DNA of 64,000 nucleotides from Candidatus Riflebacteria bacterium HGW-Riflebacteria-1 (GTDB lineage Bacteria; Muiribacteriota; Ozemobacteria; Ozemobacterales; Ozemobacteraceae): NCBI GenBank assembly GCA_002839445.1, contig PGYB01000001.1, positions 282,735 to 346,734 of the forward strand, read 5' to 3'. Shown piece by piece: positions 8,284 to 17,389 of this stretch (position 1 is its first letter; each line of letters starts with the position of its first letter). The notes under the pieces were generated by a model. It saw only the letters and a program-made list of their open reading frames with translations, ran no database searches and was not told where the DNA came from. The position numbers and the translations under genes were made by a program.

Positions 8284-10656
8284 TTGAAAAAGGTTGCTCT
8301 TGCAATACTGTTGCTTCTGATTGTGCCGGTGGCGCTGCTGGCACTGGCTGAACTCGTTGTTTATGGTGCCGGCTACGGTTACGATACCAGCCTGTTCATC
8401 GCGGACAAAATGCCAGACGGGCAGCCCTGCCTGCGCGTCAACTACCAGGCCGCCCGGCGATTTTTTCCAGGAAACCTGGCACGGCGACCATTGCCAGAAA
8501 TCATGCCGGCGATCAAGCCAGACAAGCGCCTACGCATATTTGTGGTCGGCGAATCGGCAGCGCGCGGCGAAAGTCTCGCTGACTTTTCTTTTGCCAGAAT
8601 GCTTGAGGCCGCTCTCAACAAAGACTCATCTGAGCAGGTTGCCGAAGTTATTAACACCGGCATTCCGGCGATAAACAGCTGGGTTCTGCGTGAATTCTGC
8701 AATGAAATCATTTCCTATAAACCTGATGCTCTGGTCATTTATGCCGGCCACAATGAATTCATCGGCCCATACGGACCTGCCAGCGTCTTCGGCCTGGCAA
8801 AGAACCGTGCTGCGGCCCTGGCTGGAATCTGGGCATCTTCACTGCACATGGTTCAGGCTCTAAAAACAGACCGATTGCCGGCTGAGCTGGCACGAGGCTG
8901 GCAGGGGCTTGAAATGTTTCTGAAAAACAGTATCCCGGCTGACAGCCCCGCAGTTATTGAATGCCAGAGTAACTGGCAGGAAAACATGCAGGATATTTTC
9001 AGAACAGCTCAAAAACACAATATTCCGGTTGTCTGGTGCCGGGTTCCTGTTAACCAGAGAGATTGTCCACCGTTCATGTCAGACATCAGGGGTCTCAGCC
9101 AGGCCGACCAGAACAAGATAAAAGCTCTAGGAGAAGAAATCAGCGAGGGTGACTTGTCAACTGCTGCCGGACTGGCCGGTGAACTCGAAAAAACAGCAAA
9201 AAACCATGCTCTGTATAACTACCTGGCGGCACTTCTGAACCAGGCAAGCGACAACAGAGGGCTTGCCCGAGACCTGTTCAGAAAAGCTGTCGATCTTGAT
9301 TGCTTCAGAGTCAGAACCAGCGACCGCTTCAATGAAGCAGCGCATGAACTGGCAAAGCGTCATGGAGCACAAATAGCCTACGTAGACGATGTTTTTGCCG
9401 AACAATCAGAGCTTGGAACAATCGGTGAAGAACTGATCTATGACCACGTACATTTAACAGAAAAAGGGCATTATCTTGTCGCCAAAAATATTTACTATGC
9501 CATGACAAGAAACGTTCTAAAAAGCCGGTTTCCGGCAGAGCGCACTTTTCCCGACAAAGACGAACTACTGCAACTGCTTGGCTACAGCAGCGCTGACGCG
9601 ATTGCCAACCTCGAACATATAATCAGCAGCGCGAACCGACCGCCATTCACCCTGCAGTATGGGCATAAACAAAGGCTGAAAAATCTCTCTGATGAATTAA
9701 AAAAGCTGCAGCAGAAGAGCGACAAAGCTGGTGATATCGCAATCACCAGCGCCTCGCTCGACCAGCAGCCATTTAATCAGCGAACCGCAACACGGCTGGC
9801 CATGCTGCTCAACGAGCAACCGCAGGCAGCCACAGCTCTGTTTGAGAAATCGCTCAAGCTGAACCCTTTCAACATCGACACCCTCAACAACCTGGCATCG
9901 TTAAAGATACAACAAAATCAGCTTTTAGACGCAGAAGCGCTGTTGAACAGAGCTCTTGAACTGGCGCCGGGATTTGCCCAGGCAAACTTCAATCTGGGGC
10001 TGGTTGCGGCGGCCCGCAAAGAGCCAGAAAAATCGGCAACACTCTACAGAACTGCTGTAGCAGCTGACCCGTCAATGTTTCTTGCCCTGCGCAACCTCGG
10101 TAACCTGCATTTTCGCAACCGCGAATTTACCCAGGCGAAACAGGCCTATGAAATGGCAGCAACAGCGGCGCCCAATGACCTGCCATCGCAGCTCGGTATC
10201 GGCAACTGCCTCATGGAAATGAAAGAGCCGACGATGGCTATTGAGATGTATAGACGTGCCGTCGAAGCTTTTGCCGATTCTCCCCTGCCCCGTTACAGCC
10301 TTGGCAAAGCTCTTGAAAGCTCCGGCAAACCAGCCGAAGCCACCAGACCCTACGAAGAAGCAGCAAAACTTGGCCATCTGCCTTCCCTGCAACAACTTAT
10401 CAATCTTCAGCTTCAGGAAAAAATCGCGCTTGAAGCCGAACATTTTGCCAAACTCTGCCTGCTCGGCTGTGAGCTTACAGAATTCAAAGAACCCTGGTTC
10501 AACCAGACTCTTGCTATATCGCACGCACAGCGTGGTGAACTCGATGAAGCCCTCGGCATTCTGCACCGCGCCGCCACCCTCGCCCAGGAACAAGGGAAGA
10601 ATGAACTCCTGCAGGAAATAAAAGCCAACATAGAGCTGATAAACACTTCCAGATAA
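8284..10656 (+). CDS. SGNH-hydrolase-like N-terminal domain fused to C-terminal TPR repeats
   Basis: N-terminal signal/TM, RIFVVGESAARGES block, later DHVHLTEKGHY (Dxx H), then multiple TPR-like repeats. TTG start with no obvious SD, so the start is uncertain. Confidence 0.55.
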   Translation: MKKVALAILLLLIVPVALLALAELVVYGAGYGYDTSLFIADKMPDGQPCLRVNYQAARRFFPGNLARRPLPEIMPAIKPDKRLRIFVVGESAARGESLADFSFARMLEAALNKDSSEQVAEVINTGIPAINSWVLREFCNEIISYKPDALVIYAGHNEFIGPYGPASVFGLAKNRAAALAGIWASSLHMVQALKTDRLPAELARGWQGLEMFLKNSIPADSPAVIECQSNWQENMQDIFRTAQKHNIPVVWCRVPVNQRDCPPFMSDIRGLSQADQNKIKALGEEISEGDLSTAAGLAGELEKTAKNHALYNYLAALLNQASDNRGLARDLFRKAVDLDCFRVRTSDRFNEAAHELAKRHGAQIAYVDDVFAEQSELGTIGEELIYDHVHLTEKGHYLVAKNIYYAMTRNVLKSRFPAERTFPDKDELLQLLGYSSADAIANLEHIISSANRPPFTLQYGHKQRLKNLSDELKKLQQKSDKAGDIAITSASLDQQPFNQRTATRLAMLLNEQPQAATALFEKSLKLNPFNIDTLNNLASLKIQQNQLLDAEALLNRALELAPGFAQANFNLGLVAAARKEPEKSATLYRTAVAADPSMFLALRNLGNLHFRNREFTQAKQAYEMAATAAPNDLPSQLGIGNCLMEMKEPTMAIEMYRRAVEAFADSPLPRYSLGKALESSGKPAEATRPYEEAAKLGHLPSLQQLINLQLQEKIALEAEHFAKLCLLGCELTEFKEPWFNQTLAISHAQRGELDEALGILHRAATLAQEQGKNELLQEIKANIELINTSR

Positions 10657-10701
10657 TTGACTTATCAAATGCTTTCAGAGCATCGATTTCTGGGAAGCTT
10701 T

Positions 10702-11391
10702 TCAGTCCTGGGAAATGTGCCAGTAGGGATTGTTGATGAACGGACTGGTGATAGCGCTTGAGATGGTAGTCGTCATCTCAAAAAACTTGTGTTCCCCGGT
10801 TTTTTCGCTTTTCTGGTCGGCGTTTATGCTTAGAGTCACCAAGAGCATCGGCACTGCCGAAGACAAAGGGTGCGCATACAACTCGAATCTGGCAGCTTTG
10901 ACGTCTTTAAACATGATGTTCTGGCCGGCGACAGAGCGCATCAGACACTGTTTGTCCTCGTTGTTTTCTTTGTAACGATAAATACTATAATTTACCTGTT
11001 CGGTAGCCGGTTGAGCTACTCCTTCGGGCGTGTTATAGACATGCTTGAAAAAATGAATTTCTCCGTCGCTGATGATTACCGGAACAGCTTCGTTGCCTAT
11101 GGTAAAGGCGTTTGCTTCGACAACAGGCATGCGCAGAGCCTTGCGCTTCTGCGCCAGAGTGGCCGTGGCGGCGATCTGTGGGCAGGCCGAGCGGAAATCG
11201 CGACGCAGAAAATTGATGGCATAACGCGCTCCCTGAAGTTCCTGCAGGTCAACGCCACCTCGGCTGCGCTGTTTGCTGACATAAGAAAACACCTGATAAG
11301 CAGTAAACATCAATAATGTAGCAAGGGCAACGCCAATAACCGCTTCTACCAGCGTGAAACCTCTTTGTTTATCTGCATGCCCCGACTGCAT
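10702..11391 (-). CDS. prepilin-type N-terminal cleavage/methylation protein (minor pseudopilin)
   Basis: Leader MQSGHADKQRG|FTLVEAVIGVALATLL, with G-1, F+1 and E+5. The ATG at 11391 overlaps the upstream stop (TGATG). Confidence 0.7.
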   Translation of the reverse strand: MQSGHADKQRGFTLVEAVIGVALATLLMFTAYQVFSYVSKQRSRGGVDLQELQGARYAINFLRRDFRSACPQIAATATLAQKRKALRMPVVEANAFTIGNEAVPVIISDGEIHFFKHVYNTPEGVAQPATEQVNYSIYRYKENNEDKQCLMRSVAGQNIMFKDVKAARFELYAHPLSSAVPMLLVTLSINADQKSEKTGEHKFFEMTTTISSAITSPFINNPYWHISQD

Positions 11392-11912
11392 CAATATATC
11401 TCACTTTCGTCAAAAAGCAGGGTTGACAGCGTCAGTTTTCGCATTCTATCGGGCTCTGCTCCAATAGTTTCTATTCGGTCGGGAGTTTTGTTCTCGTTCC
11501 AATAGACATCGACTGTCAGCTTACGCATGAATCTGGCGTTTGGAATACCGGCAGGTACCGGGACAATACGAATCTTACGATAAAACCAGGCTTTACTGTA
11601 TTCAGCCGGGTAAGTCCTGGTCTGCGGTTGCCATCCTGATGAATTATGAAAGGGGATCTTAACAGACTGGCTGGTATTCGGATCGACCAGAGAGCCTTCG
11701 AATATCTGAACTCCGCTACCCGTCGCTTCTGACAGCGAAATCGACTGAACAAGTTCAAGGGTCTCCTGAGCAATCTGCAACGCTCGCAGGTAGTTTTCTG
11801 CTTTGCTGGTTTCAACTCTGGTCGTAGAGGCAAAATAGATGAGGGCACCAAAAAAAACAAGACCAACACCGGTTGCAACTACAATTTCAACAAATGAAAA
11901 GCCGGATCGCAT
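11391..11912 (-). CDS. prepilin-type N-terminal cleavage/methylation protein (minor pseudopilin)
   Basis: Leader MRSG|FSFVEIVVATGVGLVFF, with G-1, F+1 and E+5. The internal ATG at 11912 was chosen over the ORF-track extension to 12008. Confidence 0.7.
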   Translation of the reverse strand: MRSGFSFVEIVVATGVGLVFFGALIYFASTTRVETSKAENYLRALQIAQETLELVQSISLSEATGSGVQIFEGSLVDPNTSQSVKIPFHNSSGWQPQTRTYPAEYSKAWFYRKIRIVPVPAGIPNARFMRKLTVDVYWNENKTPDRIETIGAEPDRMRKLTLSTLLFDESEIY

Positions 11913-11928
11913 ATAGTTGCAGCGTTTT

Positions 11929-12393
11929 TTATTCACCTTTCCCTCCGATAACGGACTGCGGCTTGTCGTAATTCTTCGCCATTGCCTGCTGCGCCTCGAC
12001 AGCTGCAAATTCGGCCGCCTGCAGTTGCCTGATCTTTGTAACAGCAGTCCTGGTTATTTCAGGCTGTTGCGGAATCATGAAATCAAGCGGAAGCTTGTGA
12101 AAATCAAGAGAAAACGGCCGGTTGCCTGGAAACAATTCGTTCGGGAGATTGCCAAAGCTCGGTTTAAGCTGCTTTGCCGACGATTCGCCGGTTGCGGATT
12201 CTGTATCGTTTTGCCCGGTATTCCACGAAAAACCTTTGGTTCCGTAGCGAATTACCTTGCTTCCCGACTTTTTCTCGCTATCTGCCTTCGGCAGACGCCT
12301 TGCAATGTAAGGCGCTGCGATCAACAAAGTCAGGACAAAAGATGCCATAACAACCTTTATTAAAATCTTGCGCAAACCAGGATTATTGAGCAT
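11929..12393 (-). CDS. membrane-anchored periplasmic protein in the pseudopilin operon
   Basis: N-terminal TM (VVMASFVLTLLIAAPYIA), no canonical G|FxxxE site. The start is ambiguous (ATG 12393 or 12348). Confidence 0.35.
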   Translation of the reverse strand: MLNNPGLRKILIKVVMASFVLTLLIAAPYIARRLPKADSEKKSGSKVIRYGTKGFSWNTGQNDTESATGESSAKQLKPSFGNLPNELFPGNRPFSLDFHKLPLDFMIPQQPEITRTAVTKIRQLQAAEFAAVEAQQAMAKNYDKPQSVIGGKGE

Positions 12394-14557
12394 ATTCAAC
12401 CGCCAGCAATGATCTGGTCTGGCCCACACTGACCCTGACCGGATATTTCGGAACATACAGTTCCGGGTCATGAACTATTCTAAGAAATCCGCCATCTGGC
12501 ATGCCGCGCATTTCAAAGAGATTGTCGACAACCAGATTGCCGACAATGTTTACACTTTTGCCTGCGAATTCGATACCACCTTCAGAGCTGGCTGAGGCCT
12601 GAGAGTTGTCATTGAAACAGGTTGTCGCAACAAGTGACGCATGAATGTCAGCCGACGGGCCATCTGCTGCGATAACAAACCTGCCATACATAAGGTAGAT
12701 ACCCAGAGAATCTTCACCTGAGTTGAGTGGCAAAAGGTCTCCGATCTGGCATTTCCCTTCACCCAGCACGATCTTTCCCTTGCCACGATATCTGTGAACA
12801 CCAGATAGATCGAGAGCCTGACCGCTCTTGCCGGCAATCAGCGAAATACCGTCGAGATCCAGAGTTTTCTGGCCGTCGATTGTCTTGACACGGTCTTTGA
12901 CGAACTCATCAGCAGTCTGATAATAGTAGGCAACGCTGCGTAGTGACTCGTCGAAGGCAGGAAACACATCGTAGCCCTCCACGCCGCCCTTGACCGCAGT
13001 CGGAGTTTTAGCCGAAATGTTGCCTGCGCCGAAAAAGAAATTATTGATCGAAAAGTGTTCGATAGGCATTGACATCAACCTGTCATTTCGCGAATCAACA
13101 GGTGGATTAAGAATTTTTCCGCTGAAAGTTTCGGGTGTTTTCTCGTAGTGCATTGCCACAGCCGGAAAGGAAACAGGCACGACAATATCTTTGAGATCAA
13201 AGTTTACTTCAATTTCATCATTAAATGCGATTTTGAAAAATCGCAAAAAGACCGGCCCTTCAACGTAAACTGGCGTATTACGAGCTTCACCAAAAAGTAA
13301 CGGCATTTTTCCACCGTTGACCCGCATCGGGTTCGATTTCTCGACCTCTTCAAAATACTTGAAAATACCGACAAACGGATGATTACTGACAAACGCATTG
13401 TCTTTAGTAATTTTTGTATAATCGGTATATCCATATTGATATTTCCAATTGGCCATCAAGGTATTGACAAGAGATCGAAACGCCTCTGAGTTGGCAGGGT
13501 TACCACCCGACCTCAGAAAATCCTGATAAATCATATAGGGCATTGTTCCTTCCTGCTGTCCCTGTTCTCTGGCATCTTTAACAATCGAATTGTAGATGGT
13601 CAAGAGTTCGGAGGTTTTATGAAAATCTCCAGCCAATGATAACGAACCAGAAATTTTTGAGAAAGGAATCGCTGGACTGACGAAAAAGAGGTTGCCATCG
13701 CTGATTTGAGAAAGCTTGTTGTCTCTCATCCTGAAAGCTGCTGGTTGATAAAAAGAACCGAGCAGATATTTGTCTTTCTCGAAATCAAGATCAAGAATTA
13801 CCGGCGGTGTTTCTGCGCTCTTACTGCCGTTGGGGAACTCAGGGCAAACTGGGTATGAGCGGTTACCCAGGTAAGCAAATGAGTATCTGCCGGGATCATC
13901 AGTGGTCACGCCCTGAACGATAATGCGCTTTTTGGGGTCATTGATCGAGCGGCAGAAACTCTTGACAAAGAGCGCGTATTTATCGATAAAGGGGTCTGAA
14001 AGATCAACTACCCTGATTTCACGACGTTCTTTTACTCTGGTTTCAGCAGGGTAATCGTGATACTTTGTCCTGGCTATCAGTTCAACATAGCCAAGATAAG
14101 CCGGGCGCGGTATTCCAGAAACCCGCTCAGTGATCACCAGGCTGATTTGCCCGGAAACATCGCCACGGCTGCCCAGCGTTTCTTCGACCAGCTGGTTTGT
14201 CATTTTGAGCCGACTTGCATCAAAACTAGCGTTAAAGATCGATTTGGCCCCAGTCACTGCGGGACGGGTTTTCCATAACTGATGGATGGCTTTGCCAACA
14301 GGCGTGTCTTTGTCGTTAACTTCGGCTTTTATAGAGGCCAACATCTCATTAACACCAGCCTGGGCCAAAGTTACCGCTCTTTCTTGTTCGATAGTTCGAT
14401 TCAATTGCAGCACTGCGCCGCTTTTGTGCCGACTCAGACCGATAATCATCACCATCATCACCAGAGCCAGCACGCAAACGAGAAAAAGTATAAAGCCCCG
14501 CCGCCCGGAGCCGGGCGGCGGGCATGTCAATCGATCAGGGTCTGTCGGGCGTAGCAC
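12383..14557 (-). CDS. large GspK-like/PilX-like membrane-anchored protein (724 aa)
   Basis: N-terminus RRGFILFLVCVLALVMMVMIIGL resembles the degenerate pseudopilin TM of GspK-type proteins. Lies within the pseudopilin operon. No other recognisable motifs. Confidence 0.4.
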   Translation of the reverse strand: MLRPTDPDRLTCPPPGSGRRGFILFLVCVLALVMMVMIIGLSRHKSGAVLQLNRTIEQERAVTLAQAGVNEMLASIKAEVNDKDTPVGKAIHQLWKTRPAVTGAKSIFNASFDASRLKMTNQLVEETLGSRGDVSGQISLVITERVSGIPRPAYLGYVELIARTKYHDYPAETRVKERREIRVVDLSDPFIDKYALFVKSFCRSINDPKKRIIVQGVTTDDPGRYSFAYLGNRSYPVCPEFPNGSKSAETPPVILDLDFEKDKYLLGSFYQPAAFRMRDNKLSQISDGNLFFVSPAIPFSKISGSLSLAGDFHKTSELLTIYNSIVKDAREQGQQEGTMPYMIYQDFLRSGGNPANSEAFRSLVNTLMANWKYQYGYTDYTKITKDNAFVSNHPFVGIFKYFEEVEKSNPMRVNGGKMPLLFGEARNTPVYVEGPVFLRFFKIAFNDEIEVNFDLKDIVVPVSFPAVAMHYEKTPETFSGKILNPPVDSRNDRLMSMPIEHFSINNFFFGAGNISAKTPTAVKGGVEGYDVFPAFDESLRSVAYYYQTADEFVKDRVKTIDGQKTLDLDGISLIAGKSGQALDLSGVHRYRGKGKIVLGEGKCQIGDLLPLNSGEDSLGIYLMYGRFVIAADGPSADIHASLVATTCFNDNSQASASSEGGIEFAGKSVNIVGNLVVDNLFEMRGMPDGGFLRIVHDPELYVPKYPVRVSVGQTRSLLAVEYAQ

Positions 14558-14631
14558 GTATCCACTCCTTTACCTCTGCCAAGAAGTCAGTTACGTGACG
14601 TTCAGAAAGCAGGGAATGCCATAAAAACTAC

Positions 14632-15909
14632 TTACCAGCTGCCCCCACCGAGCCCAGGCTGCCTTGATGCTTCTGGCAACGGTTCCTCGTCGGAACGGTC
14701 ATTACCGAGGGGGCCGAAGAGGGCGTCAGTAGCGCTGTCAATGCCGCTATTAACAACTCCAGTAGCCTGCGTTTTCGACGGAGCCAACTGATTACCGACT
14801 CCTCTTGAGAGTAAGCTCTTAACTGCCTGCGTCGCAAAATCACCGTCGGCTATTTCATCAAAGGCGCCACCGCCCATCTCCTTGACGATTCCACCAGTAA
14901 TTTTTTTCGTGCCGTATTTAATTGCCTCACTGGCAGCAGCCTTGGCAGTATTTTTACCGATGACGACAGCATATTCTCTGTCACTGGTAATACCTTTCTC
15001 TCCTGCCTCAATTAAAGAATTTCCGGCGCCAATGAGAACGACAGAAGCAATACCGACCGCCTTGCCGGCTATATCACAGACGCCGGAGATAGAGGAAATT
15101 ATCCCAGCAGCGGGAGCAGCAACAACAGTAGCAGCGCAGGCGGCAGCTATGACCTTCAGAGTCAGAGAAACCACGCCTAAAATAGCTCCGGTCTTGCTCA
15201 TGACCTCACCGGTTGAAACAAGCTTTTGTCCGGCGCCGATGAGTGCATCCTGGTAGATACGAAGAGCATTGGCTCCCGCATCCATAGTGCCATGAACCTG
15301 GGATGGATCAGTCTTGGCGGCCGCTTCAAAATCGCCTTTCTTAAGCAGATCCATGGTTTTTTGAGCATCGGCCTTAATTTGCTTGATTTGCTCGTTGGCT
15401 TCGTCAATCTCGTCGCCATATTTCTTGAAATCTTCTTCTTCTTTTTGCTTCTTTTCGGCCTCGAGTTCAAGTTTTCTGGCCTCAGCTTCCTTTGCCCTTT
15501 GCTTGTTCTCGTGCTCTCGCAGTCTCTCTTGAAGGTCAAAGGCACCGCCGGTAAGCTTGTCGGCACCCCATGCCAGAACACCAGCTACAGGAGCAACCGC
15601 ATTATCTCTGATCCATCTGGCAGCATCCTCAGCGGCACGGCGCGCCGCCTTGGCACCCGCCTCAGCTTCCTTCCAGGCGACTCTGGCCGCATCAATCGTG
15701 TCAATCACTATGCTCGCAGTCGTTTCGAGCTCACACTCCTTGATTGCCATAATATCGTCGTAGGTCTTCTGGTAGTCGGCAACAGCCTTTTCGATCTGAG
15801 CTTTCTGATTTGGGGCCTCAGCCCTGGCCATTGCCAGGGGGGCAAAAGGTTGCAACAGCAATGCAAATACAATCAGAACAGAAAAAAACTTGCGCATATG
15901 CCTGCTCAT
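14632..15909 (-). CDS. secreted coiled-coil protein with Gly/Ala-rich hydrophobic helical hairpin
   Basis: Signal peptide (FSVLIVFALLLQPFAPLAMA), charged KE-rich coiled-coil, then ILGVVSLTLKVIAAACAATVVAAPAAGIISSISGVCDIAGKAVGIASVVLIGAG. First gene of the minus-strand operon. Confidence 0.5.
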   Translation of the reverse strand: MSRHMRKFFSVLIVFALLLQPFAPLAMARAEAPNQKAQIEKAVADYQKTYDDIMAIKECELETTASIVIDTIDAARVAWKEAEAGAKAARRAAEDAARWIRDNAVAPVAGVLAWGADKLTGGAFDLQERLREHENKQRAKEAEARKLELEAEKKQKEEEDFKKYGDEIDEANEQIKQIKADAQKTMDLLKKGDFEAAAKTDPSQVHGTMDAGANALRIYQDALIGAGQKLVSTGEVMSKTGAILGVVSLTLKVIAAACAATVVAAPAAGIISSISGVCDIAGKAVGIASVVLIGAGNSLIEAGEKGITSDREYAVVIGKNTAKAAASEAIKYGTKKITGGIVKEMGGGAFDEIADGDFATQAVKSLLSRGVGNQLAPSKTQATGVVNSGIDSATDALFGPLGNDRSDEEPLPEASRQPGLGGGSW

Positions 15910-16072
15910 AAGTAAACCTCCATCTCTTTTATCTCCTGCTAATCTCTATACTCTAATTCTGACAAAAAGTTTTGCTAATTACAATCTTTATTGAAGTAAT
16001 TTTGTACACAAATTTGCCGACCGTTTTTCGGATAACAGCAACACGAAATTAATGACGAGCTGGTGAAAGGTC

Positions 16073-16100
16073 TAAGTAATTGCCGGCAAAATGCCGATAC
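16073..16100 (+). promoter_or_regulatory. putative sigma-28 (FliA)-type promoter upstream of flgI
   Basis: TAAGTAAT ... GCCGATAC (16093-16100) resembles the TAAA-N15-GCCGATAA consensus. Spacing is 12-16 nt depending on register. Confidence 0.3.
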
Positions 16101-16149
16101 AATTACTGGAGCCTGAATACCGGGCAATAAAAAGACAGGAAGAAGGCGC

Positions 16150-17262
16150 ATGGAAGCAAACAGATCGCAGCACAACAAGTCTATTCTGGTTTTTGCCGTT
16201 GCCAGCATTCTACTTTTCATATCTGGCGCACAGAGCTCTGTCAAAGCCCAGGCACAGGTGAGGCTCAAAGATATTTCCCGGCTGAGCGGCAACCGTGAGT
16301 ATCAGGTGCTGGGTTATGGCCTGGTAACGGGCCTTGATGGCACCGGGGACAAAAGTGCCATGAGCATTGAGATGACGCGTGGCATGCTGCAGAACATGGG
16401 CATGGAGTTAACCAGCGGCCAGATACAAAGTAAAAATGTTGCCGCGGTAATAGTTACCGGCATGCTGCCTTCGTATGGAAGGGCCGGCGAGCCTTTTGAC
16501 ATTACGATAAGCTCGATCGGCGACGCAAAGAGTCTACAGGGAGGTGTATTGCTGCCAACACTTCTTAAAGGCGGCGACGGGCAGGTCTATGCCGTTGCAC
16601 AGGGAAAAGTATCAATTGGCGGTTTTGAGTCTGGCAATGCCGGAGGAGCAGCCGCAAAAGCCGGGCAGAAGAACCATCTGACCGTAGGCTATGTGCCAAA
16701 CGGAGCGATAATGGAGCGCGGCGTTGACGACAGATTTGCCCGCAGCGGCAAGTTCAGCATTCTTCTTCAGGAAAAGGACACTATTCTGACGCGCAAGGTA
16801 AAAGAAGCAGTTGATCGCCGTTATGGAATCGGCTGGGCAACTATCGTGAACCCCGGCAACATCGAAATAAGGGTTCCATCAAGCATGGCTGATGACCCGG
16901 TCAGTTTCGCGGCCAACATTGAGAACCTTCCACTGTCGATAGATGAACCAAATCGTGTCGTTATCAATGAACGCACCGGAACTGTAATCATTGGCAACAG
17001 TGTGCGCATAAGCAAAGTTGTGATTTCACACAATGGCATAAAAATTGCGATTGACGACCAGAACAAAAACCAGAACGCCAACAATGCAGCTGCCCAGCGC
17101 AATCAGATACAGGGAAGCATGGTCGCAGTGCAGGGCGAAACGACAGTAGATGACCTAGTCGCTGCGCTTAACGCAATTGGTGCCACTCCCAAAGATCTTA
17201 TTGCCATATTTCAGGCGGTTAACGCAGCCGGTGCCCTGCACGGTGAGCTTAAAATAATGTAA
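16150..17262 (+). CDS. flgI: flagellar P-ring protein FlgI
   Basis: Signal peptide, VRLKDISRLSGNREYQVLGYGLVTGLDGTGD..., classic FlgI. AGGAAGAAGG RBS. Confidence 0.9.
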   Translation: MEANRSQHNKSILVFAVASILLFISGAQSSVKAQAQVRLKDISRLSGNREYQVLGYGLVTGLDGTGDKSAMSIEMTRGMLQNMGMELTSGQIQSKNVAAVIVTGMLPSYGRAGEPFDITISSIGDAKSLQGGVLLPTLLKGGDGQVYAVAQGKVSIGGFESGNAGGAAAKAGQKNHLTVGYVPNGAIMERGVDDRFARSGKFSILLQEKDTILTRKVKEAVDRRYGIGWATIVNPGNIEIRVPSSMADDPVSFAANIENLPLSIDEPNRVVINERTGTVIIGNSVRISKVVISHNGIKIAIDDQNKNQNANNAAAQRNQIQGSMVAVQGETTVDDLVAALNAIGATPKDLIAIFQAVNAAGALHGELKIM

Positions 17263-17389
17263 GTGAAGCATATTTTTAAGTTTTTTTGTGAATTTCTTGC
17301 TATTTTGCATCAGGGTATGGTATTAACTCTTCAACGTCTTGATTTTATCGTAACAGACAAGATTACCCCATGCGAGGTTCCCGACAACT

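Noticed and set aside
12550-13434. Antisense and alternate-frame ORFs inside the 724-aa GspK-like gene, and similar ones inside rng, rho, flgG and the giant ORF
   Set aside because: They are fully nested in longer ORFs with recognisable products, and have no RBS or motifs.
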